This document shows, one piece after another, positions 1 to 10,669 of a stretch of 64,000 bases of DNA. The translations under genes were made by a program, and so were the position numbers. Source of the stretch: an uncultured Chloroflexia bacterium (GTDB lineage: Bacteria; Chloroflexota; Anaerolineae; B4-G1; SLSP01); the NCBI GenBank assembly GCA_963751345.1, contig CAVVUS010000023.1:160001-224000 (forward strand), in the 5' to 3' direction. The notes beneath the pieces are model-generated. The model was not told the origin of the DNA, did no database searches, and saw only the letters and a program-made list of their open reading frames with translations. Position 1 is the first letter of the stretch. Each line of letters begins with the position of its first letter.

Positions 1-235
1 AGTTGACGATGCCGGCTATGGTGCCGACGATTTTTCCATCGCGCCGTGCGGTGAAGTAGCGCACCTTGGCGTGTTCGTGAAAGGGATGCCTGTCGGGGTC
101 AACGAATTCATCTCGTTCGGAGAGGAGGGGGGGGACCCAATAGGGATCGCCTTTGTAGACTTGCCACGGGAAGCGAACGAACTCCCGCCGTTCGGCGGCG
201 GACTCAGCCGGCACAATTGTGAGCTTACCTGCCAT
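1..235 (-). CDS. N-terminal part of a YghO-like GNAT-related protein; runs off the window edge, with a 1-nt frameshift in the G-run near 127-135
   Basis: Manual translation from ATG at 235 (GGAGG RBS upstream): MAGKLTIVPAESAAERREFVRFPWQVYKGDPYWVPP/LLSERDEFVDPDRHPFHEHAKVRYFTARRDGKIVGTIAGIVN. The FPWxxYxxDPxWVPPL motif is typical of this family. Not in the ORF track. Confidence 0.7.
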   Translation of the reverse strand, partial: MAGKLTIVPAESAAERREFVRFPWQVYKGDPYWVPPLLSERDEFVDPDRHPFHEHAKVRYFTARRDGKIVGTIAGIVN

Positions 236-298
236 AATAAGACCTCCTGAAGAAGGACAACACCCGAACACGCAAAGGGAGACGACATAATGCGTCGG

Positions 299-353
299 AT
301 TATAGGCATTGCGCATGAGGCGTCAACACGAGCGCACGGTGCCGGTGTATAAT
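299..353. promoter_or_regulatory. Divergent sigma70-type promoters
   Basis: Minus strand TTGACG(326-321)-16nt-TATAAT(304-299); plus strand TATAAT at 348-353 ahead of the ABC operon. Confidence 0.5.
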
Positions 354-445
354 ATCCACGTGTGCCGAAGGCGGACGCCGAGCTACAGGGGGACCTGTCC
401 TCCGGTCGCAGCTCCCGAACCCACCACGCAGTGAAAGGGGAACCT

Positions 446-1418
446 ATGACACCTCTCGTTATCACAACAAGTGGCCTCACAAAGGTATACCAGGATGTGA
501 CTGCGGTCGATGCCCTTGACTTGCAGGTGCCCAGGAACTCGATCTTCGGCTTCCTCGGGCCAAATGGCGCCGGAAAGACAACGACGATGAAGCTGCTGTT
601 GGGTCTGATCCGGCCAACTTCCGGCAGCGCCAGGATCTTCGACCTGGACATGGTGCGGGACAGCGTCGAGATCCGTGCTCGGGTAGGCTACCTATCGCAG
701 GACCCCAGATTCTACGAGTATATGACGGCGCGTGAGACGTTGACATTCACAGCACGCTTCTTTTTCAAGGGGCCGGACGGCGAGATTGCGACCCGTGTCG
801 AGGAGATGCTGGAACTGGTCGGGCTGGCCGACAAGGCCGACCGTCCGGTGGAGGGCTTCTCCGGCGGGGAACGGCAGCGGTTGGGCATCGCGCAGGCCCA
901 GGTGAACTACCCTGACCTACTCATCCTCGATGAGCCGGCGGCTTCACTGGACCCCCTCGGCCGGCGGGACGTGCTCGACGTGATGGCTCGCTTGCGGAAG
1001 CATACGACGATCTTCTACTCCACCCATATCCTGGACGACGTCCAGCGCGTGAGCGATACCGTGGCCATTCTGAACCACGGCAAGCTCGTCTACGCCGGTG
1101 CGATTGACACGCTGCTCGCGGGCAGCGGGGGCGTCGTCTATTCGGTGGCCTTCCGCGGCGACGAAAGCAGGCGCGCAGAAGAGGGTATCTTCGCAGCCGT
1201 GGGTGGCGGGCATCGAGCGCGTCCCAACGGGCGCAGCGGCTGACGATGTCGTCCACTGGCGCGTCGCCGTTACCGAGCCCGATGCAGCGGAGGCGGGGCT
1301 CTTGAGGACGATGCTCGAGGATCCCGGCCTCGCCATCACTGAGTTCCGTCGTCGCTCCTACGATTTGGAAGACATTTTCGTTCAATTGGTGGAGGGGGGC
1401 AGCCATGACGGCCAATAG
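446..1418 (+). CDS. ABC-2 type transporter ATP-binding protein (frameshift near 1170)
   Basis: Walker A GPNGAGKTT, signature FSGGERQRL, Walker B LILDEP, H-loop STH; C-terminus (SYDLEDIFVQL) continues in ORF 1098-1418. Confidence 0.9.
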
Positions 1419-2196
1419 CGTTTTCGTCCCGGTCCAGGAGCGCGGCTGGCGGCGCGGTCTTGGGAACCTGTTGCGTGCAGGCTTCGGCCAGTGGTGGCGT
1501 ACCAGGACCTGGTGGGTCCACACGTTGATCTGGACAGGTATCCTTGGCCTTATGCTGGCGGGTATCCTTTTCAGTGGTGAGGCTGTTCCCGCGCTCGATT
1601 CCGTCGGGTTCGTCTGTCTCTTCGGTGGGCTGTTTCCTGTCATCGCTATGGTGATTATCATGCAGGGCGCGATCGTCGGCGAGAAGCAGAACGGCGCGGC
1701 GGAATGGATTCTCTCCAAGCCCGTCTCGCGCACGGCCTACATCCTGGGCAAGCTCATTCCCAATGCTGTCGGCGTACTCATCACAATGCTGCTGATCCCG
1801 ATGGTCGTGGGGTGGGGCGTGCTGCGCATCGCCGGCGTGCGGGTGGCCGTGCTGCCTTTTCTGGGCGGGTACCTGATCATCGCCCTGAATATGCTCTTCT
1901 TCCTCGCGCTCACGGTGATGCTGGGCGCGGTGTTCAGGCGACGCGGCGGGGTCATCGGCATCCCCCTGGGCTTGTTGTTCGCCCAGCAGTATCTCGTGGG
2001 TGCCGTCCCGGCCCTGGGCCTTGTGCTTCCCTGGGGGCTCTGTCTGCCGCTAGGACAGGAACTCTCGACATCGATTGCCGGCTCCGTCATGATTGGCACG
2101 ACACCTCCTTCGTGGCTGCCTGTGTTAACGACGCTGTCGGCGACGATCATCTTTGTCGTGGTGGCCGTGTGGCGTTTTGGCGAGGTGGAGGTCTAG
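1405..2196 (+). CDS. ABC-2 transporter permease
   Basis: About six hydrophobic segments; GEKQNGAAEWILSKPVSR motif; overlaps the ATPase gene. Confidence 0.85.
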   Translation: MTANSVFVPVQERGWRRGLGNLLRAGFGQWWRTRTWWVHTLIWTGILGLMLAGILFSGEAVPALDSVGFVCLFGGLFPVIAMVIIMQGAIVGEKQNGAAEWILSKPVSRTAYILGKLIPNAVGVLITMLLIPMVVGWGVLRIAGVRVAVLPFLGGYLIIALNMLFFLALTVMLGAVFRRRGGVIGIPLGLLFAQQYLVGAVPALGLVLPWGLCLPLGQELSTSIAGSVMIGTTPPSWLPVLTTLSATIIFVVVAVWRFGEVEV

Positions 2197-2346
2197 GCAG
2201 TCTCTGTGGTGATTCTGATGTGGCTCTAACGTTCCTATAATCTCCGGGCGGTACACTGTAGGCGTCTTGGTGGGACATCCACGTGCCGTGGCAACGGCTC
2301 TGGCCTTTGCCCGTGGGAGTCCCACCGTCTTGAGGAGGTGGTGAGA

Positions 2347-4954
2347 ATGGACGCAAACAGATATACCGAGAAAACCCAACAGGCGTTACTGCGAGCTCAG
2401 CGGATCGCGACGGAGCGTGGGAATCCCCAGGTGGATCCCGAGCACTTGCTGCTCGCTCTGCTCGAGCAGTCGGATGGCGTCGTGCCAAGGGTCATCTTGG
2501 AGTTGGGCGGGGATCCGCAGCGACTGCGGATGGATCTCGAGCAGACCATCAGCCGCAAGCCCCAGGCACGCGGTTCGGCTGCTCAGGTAGGAATCTCGCC
2601 TGCCGTGTCGCGGATATTGCAGGGGGCGGAGCGCGAGGCCGAGGGCCTGCGCGACGAGTACGTCAGCACGGAGCACATGCTCCTGGCGATGTCCGACTCG
2701 AGTTCAGGGGAGATCGCGCGATTCCTGGCGTCGCAGGGCATCAACCGCGAGGCCGTCCTCCGGGCGTTGACCGGGATCCGGGGTGCGCAGCGCGTCACGT
2801 CGCAGAACCCTGAGGGCACGTACAACGTCCTCGAGAAGTACGGGCGCAACCTTACGCAGCTTGCCCACCAGGGGAAGCTAGACCCGGTGATAGGCCGGGA
2901 TGAGGAGATCCGCCGCTTGATGCAGATTCTCTCGCGGCGCACAAAGAACAATCCCGTGCTCGTGGGCGAGGCCGGCGTCGGGAAGACAGCGATTGTCGAG
3001 GGCCTGGCCCAGCGGATCGTGCGGGGTGACGTGCCTGAGGGGCTGAAGGAGAAGGAGATCTTCCAGCTCGACATGGGCGCGTTGATCGCCGGTGCGAAAT
3101 ATCGGGGCGAGTTTGAGGAGCGGCTCAAGGCCGTGCTCAATGAGATCGCGAGCTCCGAGGGCAAGATGATCCTCTTTATCGACGAACTCCACACAGTCGT
3201 GGGGGCAGGCAAGGCAGAAGGGGCCATGGACGCGGGCAATATCCTCAAGCCGATGCTTGCGCGTGGCGAACTTCACACGATCGGAGCGACGACGCTTGAC
3301 GAGTACCGGCAGTACATCGAGAAGGACGCCGCCCTGGAGCGCCGGTTCCAGCCGGTCTTCGTCGATGAGCCGGATGTTGCCGACACGATCAGCATCCTGC
3401 GAGGTATCAAGGAGCGTTACGACACGCACCACGGGGTGCGGATCCAGGATGCGGCGCTGATTGCCGCTGCGACGTTGGCGGATCGCTACATCACCGGACG
3501 TCAGATGCCGGACAAGGCTATCGATCTGGTCGACGAGTCCGCTGCACGGCTGCGGCTGGAGATTGACTCGAAGCCCACGGAGTTGGACGAGAGCGACCGG
3601 CGGATCATGCAGCTGGAGATCGAGCGAACGGCGCTGAAGCAGGAGAAGGATGATGCCAGTCGGAGACGACTGGCCGATCTCGATCAAGAGCTCGCGGATC
3701 TTCAGGAGCAGAGCCGGGCGCTGACCGCCCAGTGGAAGCAGGAGAAGGCGCAGATCGAGAGGATCCAGAAGGCGCAGCGTGCGCTCGAGAACTTGCAGTT
3801 GGATATCGAGCGCGCGGAGGGCACGCGGGACTTCGACGAGGCTGCCAGGCTGCGCTATGGGCGTGCTCACGAGCTTCAGGAGGAGCTGAGCCAAGCCGAG
3901 TCCGAGTTCCGCAAGGTGCAGGGCGAGCACCCGATGCTCAACTACGAGGTTGGGCCTGAGGAGATCGCACGTGTCGTCTCCGCGTGGACGGGGATTCCCG
4001 TCTCGCGGCTGATGGAGGGCGAGCGGGCCAAGCTGATGCGGATGGAGGATGAGCTTCACAAGCGCGTGGTCGGGCAGAATGAGGCAGTCTCGGCGGTCTC
4101 CAATGCAGTGCGCCGCGCGCGGGCTGGGCTGCAGGATCCGCACCGGCCGATCGGGACGTTCCTGTTCCTGGGGCCGACCGGTGTCGGAAAGACCGAGCTG
4201 GCGCGGGCGCTGGCCGCCTTCCTCTTCGACACCGAGGAGGCGATGGTCCGCATCGACATGAGCGAGTACCAGGAGAAGCACACGGTCTCGCGGCTGATCG
4301 GTGCGCCTCCCGGCTACATCGGCTACGACGAGGGCGGTCAGCTGACGGAGGCGGTGCGCCGCCGACCCTACAGCGTGCTGCTGCTGGACGAGATCGAGAA
4401 GGCCCACGCCGAGGTCTTCAACGTCCTGCTGCAGTTGCTGGACGAGGGGCGTCTGACCGATGGCCACGGGCGCACGGTGGATTTCACCAACACGATCGTG
4501 ATCATGACGAGCAACGTCGGCAGCCGGTGGATCAAGGAGGTCGGTCCTGAGGAGGCGCGCACCGCAGGTGATGCAGGAGCTGGATCGGACCTTCCGGCCC
4601 GAGTTCCTGAACCGTATCGACGAGGTGATCCTCTTCGGCAGCCTGACGCGCGAGGACCTCAAGGCCATCGTCGAGATCCAGGTGGGTAACCTGCGGCGGC
4701 TGCTGCGCGAGCAGCAGATGGATATCGAGCTGACGGAGGCGGCCAAGCAGTTCCTGGCCGATGAGGGCTACGATCCTGTCTTCGGCGCTCGCCCACTCAA
4801 GCGCGCGATTCAGCGCCAGCTGCAGGACCCGCTCTCGATGGCGGTACTCCAGGGGCGCTTCGGCCCCGGGTCCACGATCTTCGTGGATCTTGACCCGGCG
4901 TCGGACGCGCTGGCGTTCGCCGAAATGGAGGAGCCTGTCGGGGTAGCGGCTTGA
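2347..4954 (+). CDS. clpB: ATP-dependent chaperone ClpB (frameshift near 4562)
   Basis: Clp N-domain, [15 protein letters not shown], two Walker A motifs ([16 protein letters not shown]), coiled-coil M domain; [11 protein letters not shown] and [10 protein letters not shown] in ORF 4568-4954; GAGGAGG RBS. Confidence 0.95.
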
Positions 4955-5021
4955 CGCAGCGGCGTATTGACGATTGACTGGAGCCATCCGACCAATCGTC
5001 AAGCGTCGTTCGAATTGCCAC

Positions 5022-5049
5022 TTGCACAAATCGTCATATATGGTATACT
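5022..5049 (+). promoter_or_regulatory. sigma70 promoter of the cold-shock gene
   Basis: TTGCAC-16nt-TATACT with TG extension (TGGTATACT). Confidence 0.65.
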
Positions 5050-5178
5050 CTTGGATGTAGGACGAGGTAGGTTATGGCTGTGCATTAGGGACTGTCCAGG
5101 CTTGCTGAGGCTGGGCAGTCTTTTTTGTGCCCTGGCTGCTTCGCCCAAGAAATCTCATTAGCTTTAAGGAGCACAGCA

Positions 5179-5388
5179 GTGTCAGAACGAGAAACCGGTA
5201 CCGTGAAGTGGTTCAATGATGCCAAGGGATACGGATTCATTTCCCGAGATTCGGGCGATGACGTCTTTGTCCACTTTTCAGCCATTCAGGCTGGTGGCTT
5301 CCGCTCGCTGCAGGAAAATCAGCGGGTTGAGTTCTCGGTGGAGCAGGGCGACAAAGGCCCCAAGGCCGTCGACGTTCGTCCCCTGTAA
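5179..5388 (+). CDS. cspA: Cold-shock protein (CspA family)
   Basis: [15 protein letters not shown] and [12 protein letters not shown]1/RNP2 motifs; GTG start after AAGGAG. Confidence 0.95.
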   Translation: MSERETGTVKWFNDAKGYGFISRDSGDDVFVHFSAIQAGGFRSLQENQRVEFSVEQGDKGPKAVDVRPL

Positions 5389-5498
5389 TTCCGAGGTAGG
5401 CCCACGGCACCGCGCAAGTTGCCAGGGCATAACTTGGGCAAGGGAATGAGTGCTCGGGACATCCCGGGCACCTGAATCATCAGCTTTATGCTGAAAAG

Positions 5499-5539
5499 AG
5501 ACCGCACAGTTTCTCCGGAAACTGTGCGGTCTTCTGTTT
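5499..5539. terminator. Bidirectional intrinsic terminator
   Basis: 15-bp perfect stem AGACCGCACAGTTTC-TCCG-GAAACTGTGCGGTCT between convergent genes, with A/T-rich flanks. Confidence 0.8.
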
Positions 5540-5540
5540 G

Positions 5541-6692
5541 TTACCCCGCGGGCATCCCTATCGTGCGTGGGTTCGTACCAGGTCTCCCCACTTTGCGTGC
5601 CCTGCCAGCATAGTCGAGCGCAGCCGAGGCCGCTTCCCGAGCGATCGCGTCGGCCTCATCAGCGGTCCAATCGATGGCGGGCTGTGCCGTGCCCACCTCT
5701 CGCGCCAAGAGCTCCAGCGCGAAGTTGCGCACACGCGCGTTGTCCACGCTGAGTCCGCCGATCGCGAGAGGGACGCCCTTCTCACTTTTCATCGTGACTG
5801 CGTAGGCCTCAAGCTGGGTCAGCTCGTCTTCAGACAGAGGGTGTGCGCCGGAGGCGTCCACGTTCTCGTCGACTTGGGCGACGCTGTTCATCGCCGGGAC
5901 GCACGTCGTGAGCCTGGGATTCTCCAGGATGAAGCGCAGTGCGAGTTGGGCGACCGGCGCGCCCGTATCGAGGCCCAGGGCTGCCGCACCATCGCCAAGG
6001 TTGCGCAGCGCCGTCACCGGCAGACCATAAAGGTGCCAGACCAGCGACTTCATCGCAATCCAGGCTGCACCGGTCCGGTCCAACGCAGCCGCTAGCTCTC
6101 CCTCGGATCTGCGGTTTGCGTAGTTGTAGGGCGTCATCACGGCGTCGAAAGCAGGGTAGGCCGTCAGCAGCCGGGCGGCGTAGTCAGGATCGTGGCATGA
6201 GAAGCCGTAGGTCCGCAGCTTGCCCTCCTGTCGTAGGTGCTCCAGCTCGTCCAGGGTCTCCTCGACGACGGCTGGGGTCGCGAGCGGATCGCCGCCCTCG
6301 ACGGCCCCGAGCATAAACTGGTCGACCGTGTCATACCCGAACTCCTGCAGGCGCTCCTCAACCTCGCGACGTGTGTATTCACGGGGGCTCACCGTCTCGT
6401 GTTTGTAGTTCGAGAAGAAGTCCACGCGCATTGCCGAGACAAAGCAGGCCTCGCGCCGGTGCAGCAGGTGCAGCACGCGGCCCAGGGATGCCAGTTCGCA
6501 GCCGAACGTCGTGTCGAAGTAGGTGATGCCGCGGTCGATGGCCTCGCCTATGACGCGGGCTCGCTCCTGATCGCCAGCGAAAAAGCGCGCCTGTCGTGCG
6601 AGCCCCTGTCCGGTCTCCACGCCGTCTTGATGTCCTCCAACGCCGATCTCCGAAACCCTGATGCCGGTCCTACCATATGTGCGTGTCTTCAT
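5541..6692 (-). CDS. Aldo/keto reductase family oxidoreductase
   Basis: MKTRTYGRTGIRVSEIGVG, GITYFDTT, GKLRTYGFSCH, AMNSVAQVDEN. Confidence 0.85.
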   Translation of the reverse strand: MKTRTYGRTGIRVSEIGVGGHQDGVETGQGLARQARFFAGDQERARVIGEAIDRGITYFDTTFGCELASLGRVLHLLHRREACFVSAMRVDFFSNYKHETVSPREYTRREVEERLQEFGYDTVDQFMLGAVEGGDPLATPAVVEETLDELEHLRQEGKLRTYGFSCHDPDYAARLLTAYPAFDAVMTPYNYANRRSEGELAAALDRTGAAWIAMKSLVWHLYGLPVTALRNLGDGAAALGLDTGAPVAQLALRFILENPRLTTCVPAMNSVAQVDENVDASGAHPLSEDELTQLEAYAVTMKSEKGVPLAIGGLSVDNARVRNFALELLAREVGTAQPAIDWTADEADAIAREAASAALDYAGRARKVGRPGTNPRTIGMPAG

Positions 6693-6776
6693 CTGCTGTC
6701 CCTCTGTATGATGGGTCCTGCCAAGCCATGGGCACGCGATACGTCCCCTGCGTCCTGGCGGCGAATGAGTAGTGTT

Positions 6777-7556
6777 TCAGTGGAGCCAGGGCAGCCAAGG
6801 CTCCATCGCGCGATGCCACAGCTCGGGTGCCCCCCACGCGTCTTCGGTGTCCGGCGTGCCATAGCTGACCTGGATGCCAATCCGGACGGTAATCCAGTAC
6901 CAGGTTAGTTTTGGGACGCCCTCGATCTGCAGCACCAGCTCGCGCAGCGTGGGTACCTCACTTAGCGGCTTGAGCTCGGCACGGGCGAGGTCGATGGGAT
7001 GCAGCACGAGCCCCTCATCCAGGATCGCGAACGCCAGGTGATCGTCGGGCCACACGTCGCCGCGGTCGGGCGCAGGGACGCTGCCGGCACGATAGAGATC
7101 GAGCTCAATGTTGAGCGGCTGCTCGGATCGCGCCAATAGGGTGCGCAGTGGCGTATGGATGAGGCCCCCCAGGGTGTCGTTGAGGAATCGGTGCCAAAAC
7201 CACGAGGGCTGCATCGTCAGCGAGGGGTCGACGAGGTCCAGGGTTTCCGGATCGCCAGGCCACTGCCGCCCAGCGAGCTGCCGGCCCAGCCCCCGTTCGA
7301 TGCGCAGGCCGAGGCAGAAGAGCCCCGGGTCGATGCTCGTCTCGGTCCCGGAGACGCGGCGCAAGAAGAGCCTGGCGTGCGCATAGGGCGGCCAACCGGT
7401 GCCCGGGATGAGCCACCACGGTCCCAGGGCCGGCCGAACGAGGCTCAAGGGCCGCAGCCGCAGGTGCCTCACCGGGGGATCAAGAGTCCGGATATGGCGC
7501 GCGATCGCCTGGGCTGCGTGCTCGTTGTCTGCGTAGAGTGAGATCGGAACCGGCAT
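6777..7556 (-). CDS. Hypothetical protein (Trp-rich)
   Basis: Long ORF with protein-like composition (WWLIPGTGWPPY); no family recognised. Confidence 0.6.
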   Translation of the reverse strand: MPVPISLYADNEHAAQAIARHIRTLDPPVRHLRLRPLSLVRPALGPWWLIPGTGWPPYAHARLFLRRVSGTETSIDPGLFCLGLRIERGLGRQLAGRQWPGDPETLDLVDPSLTMQPSWFWHRFLNDTLGGLIHTPLRTLLARSEQPLNIELDLYRAGSVPAPDRGDVWPDDHLAFAILDEGLVLHPIDLARAELKPLSEVPTLRELVLQIEGVPKLTWYWITVRIGIQVSYGTPDTEDAWGAPELWHRAMEPWLPWLH

Positions 7557-7706
7557 ACACGTATCGTACCACATCCTGCCGATTCGTGGGGCGCATTCGG
7601 CCATCTTCCGGGAAGGTGGATCGAGCCTTGTAGACGCAGAGGCCTGCGGTGTTGGGCATAGCTTCGTAGAGAAGCCACCCCTACCTTCCCGAGAGTTCGG
7701 ATGCGG

Positions 7707-8778
7707 CTACTGCACCACCCCCAGCGCGTCCAGGTTCTCTGGAGAGATCGGTCGCTTTCCCGCAGCGATCTCGCGAACCATCGCGGCAAGCGCCGCGTTG
7801 GCGGGCGTGGGCACGCCAACAGCCTGCCCCTTCTCGACCACATACCCGTTCATGAACTCGATCTCCGGCGTGCGGCCGCGTTCGAGGCTCTGCAGCATCG
7901 ACGACTTGAGCTTACGGAACTTGAGGCCGACCAACATCATGATGGCCTGGCGGGGCACGAGGTCGAGCCCAAAGCCACCCCTCCGTCGCTCTGGGTCGAG
8001 GTAGAGGCGTTGCAGGTCCAGCGTGCCGCCCACCGGTTCGAGCCTGACACCGAGCGCCGTGGCCACGTCGATCACCTCGCTGATGATCGTCAGCGCCATC
8101 CGCCGGACTCTGGCCCGGCGCAGCATCCGTCCCAGGAGTTGGCCGGTGACCGCGCCCAACGTCGTGATCACGCAGTTGATGGCCAGCTTGGACCAGAGGG
8201 CGCCGTAGATGTTCGCCGTCACCGTCGTGGGGACCGCGTGGTCGAGGACGGCTTTGAGTTGGGTGATCCGGTCGCGTCACGCCGCCATCGAGTTCGCCGA
8301 TGGTCGTCTCGCCGCGCGAGGTCATCTCGTAGATGCCGGGCCGGTGCATCGTCGCGCCCCAGCCGACCAACGCGCCAATGACGCGGTCGCGGCCCACGAT
8401 CTCGGCAACACGATCCTCTACGATGCCGTTCTGCAGCGTTACCACGTAGCCGTCGGGTGAGAGCAGCGGCCAGACCTCGCGCGCGGCGACCTCGGCGGCG
8501 GTGGCCTTCATCGCCAGGAGCGCGATATCGAAGGGCCCGCCGGCGCTACTCAAGTCCGGACAGGCACCGGCGCACACGGCGGCCGGTAGGACCTGCTCGC
8601 CCTCCGGTCGGGTGAGGCGCAATCCCTGCGTTGCGAGCGCGTTGCTGATCTCCGCGTTGTGGGTGACGAGCGTGACGTCGTCGCCCGATGCCAGCAGCCC
8701 CGCGGCGATCACACCGCCGATGGCGCCGATGCCCATCAACAGGACGCGCGGCGTCGGGTCGGGCTCCGCGGGCATCAT
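7707..8778 (-). CDS. panE: 2-dehydropantoate 2-reductase (PanE/ApbA family), frameshift near 8270
   Basis: GIGAIGG Rossmann motif, AMKA, LQNG; C-half WSKLAINC, SSMLQSLERGRTPEIEFMNG. Confidence 0.8.
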
Positions 8779-9257
8779 GTACCGCTCGTCGCGGCCTGTT
8801 TCGCCCACGCCGCGGCGCGCTCCAGCTCGCCCTCCTTGAGTGGCCCCTCTGAGTCCATCACGATGAAGCCCTCGGGCTCCGCCACCGCTTGCCCGCCCTT
8901 GCTCTTGAGCGCACTGAGAATGGGCTTGGCAGCGTAGCCGAAGATGCTGACCATGAATTTCAGAAAGCCCGACTTTGTGTCCGCTACCGCGATGCGGGTG
9001 TCGAACGCCGCCACCTTGACGCCGTTGAGCTTGCCAGCGGGCAGCGCCTTGACCCACGTCATCGTGGCGGGCGTGGCCTTGAAGGCGCGGGTAGGGGAGC
9101 CGACGACGAGGAGATCGACGCCGGCGAGGGCGTCTGCCGTGACGTCAGGCACCTTGACGACTTTGGCGTCGTCGGGCGCGCCGAAAGCTGCGCCGATCGC
9201 CTGGGCGATCTTCTCCGTGTTGCCAAAGACCGAATCGTAGACGACCAATGCTTTCAT
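8775..9257 (-). CDS. Flavodoxin family protein
   Basis: MKALVVYDSVFGNTEKIAQAI FMN-binding loop, VGSPT, AAFDTR, GPLKEGELERAAAW. Confidence 0.9.
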   Translation of the reverse strand: MKALVVYDSVFGNTEKIAQAIGAAFGAPDDAKVVKVPDVTADALAGVDLLVVGSPTRAFKATPATMTWVKALPAGKLNGVKVAAFDTRIAVADTKSGFLKFMVSIFGYAAKPILSALKSKGGQAVAEPEGFIVMDSEGPLKEGELERAAAWAKQAATSGT

Positions 9258-9506
9258 CGGGGTGGCTCCTTCTTGGCTAGAAACATGAGCACTTGCTGGT
9301 CCTGCGAGAGGTGCCTTGTCAGAACTGTCCGGCACTGCTCGTAGGCACGATATCCACGATTGTAGCTGAAGTTGCGGACTATGCACTGAAGAAATCGGAG
9401 CTGACAATGGCTGTTTGGTCCTTGACCGGCGCCGTGTACGGGGCATAATAAATATGATGACTATCGCTTAAAATGGTCACTTCAAGTCGCCTAAGAGGAG
9501 GTCGAC

Positions 9507-10323
9507 ATGGCCAGGATCGTGCGTTACGGCTTGATTGTCATTGGTCTGGTCCAGCTGGTAGCTGCGCTCATCTTCTTCTTCCAGTGGCCCCTCGTCAGTC
9601 TATGGCCCTATCCGGGCACGACGCCGCTCACGTCCATCTTCATCGCCTCGATTTTCGCTGCTGCGGCCGCCCCTACCTTATGGGCTGCTATCACCGAGAA
9701 CTACGGTGCCCTGGCGGGCATCGGTCTCGATTACGTCACGATCCTCGGGCCTCTCTCGGTCTACTCCTTCATCCTGGGTGCCGGCAGCGGTGATGTCCGG
9801 ATGGTCGCGTTTGCCATTTCGTGCGTCGTGGGGGCGCTCTTCGGCCTGGGCCTGCTGGTGTGGAGCGCAGGCATTCCGATCGATCGCACGACGCCGATGC
9901 CTGGGGTGGTCAGGTGGTCGTTCGTCATCTTCGCCGTGCTGCTAGTCATTGTAGCCGCGAGGATGATCCTGCAGGTGCCGACATCGGTTCCGTGGATGAT
10001 CACTCCGCAGTTGAGGGTGGTGATGGGCTTGATGTTCCTGGGCGCAGCCATGTACTTCGTCTATGGGCTACTGCGACCCAGCTGGCTGAATGCCGCCGGG
10101 CAGTACATCGGTTTCCTTGCGTACGATCTTGTGCTCATCCCCGCCATTCCTATCTCGTCTGTCGACGACACCACCGCAGTTCAAGTTCGGCATGAGCGTG
10201 TATACGGGCGTCGTCATCGGCAGTGCTTTGCTGGGAATCTTCTTCCTCTTCGTCTATGGCGTCACGCGCAGGGCGACATGGCTGCGATCGAGGCGTGCGG
10301 TGGTGCCCGCCGAGCCGAGGTAG
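9507..10323 (+). CDS. Integral membrane protein with two similar halves (frameshift near 10150)
   Basis: Multiple TM segments; LWPY..TPL and VPW..TPQ repeats; GAGGAGG RBS; TTGACC-16-CATAAT promoter at 9422-9449. Confidence 0.7.
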
Positions 10324-10669
10324 GGCCGGATGGCAGTGATCGTCTGCACGTTGACCCGTTGCCACGTCTGGGATGCGTGACCGGGCGAAAATGGGTTCGT
10401 TTCGTAATACAGCACGCCGCGGCTGTGTACCCCGCCGGGAAGACTCCGGCGACAAGCCTACGGGGACCGCCCCTGTCACGGGCGGTTGTTCGGTTGCGTG
10501 TGTGAGTATGGCCATCATTTTGGTGCTTTCCTGAGATAGATCTTTTGTTCTACTATACACCTGATAGCGGGCCAATCAAGTGTGCAGACCGGGTTTCGTC
10601 GCTACGTCCGGCGCGACCGACTGCAGGTAGCCCAGCACGCGCTGCTTGTTGGTTCTCGGCACGTCGTCT

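Noticed and set aside
2190-2240. CIRCE element upstream of clpB
   Set aside because: TAGGCAGTC-N9-ATTCTGATG is too far from TTAGCACTC-N9-GAGTGCTAA
4550-4575. Programmed frameshifting or true pseudogenisation of clpB and other split genes
   Set aside because: No slippery heptamers; single indels are scattered across unrelated conserved genes, so consensus error is more parsimonious
2878-4746. 622-aa antisense ORF, and many similar shadow ORFs
   Set aside because: Reverse-strand shadow of clpB caused by high-GC codon bias; no motifs or RBS
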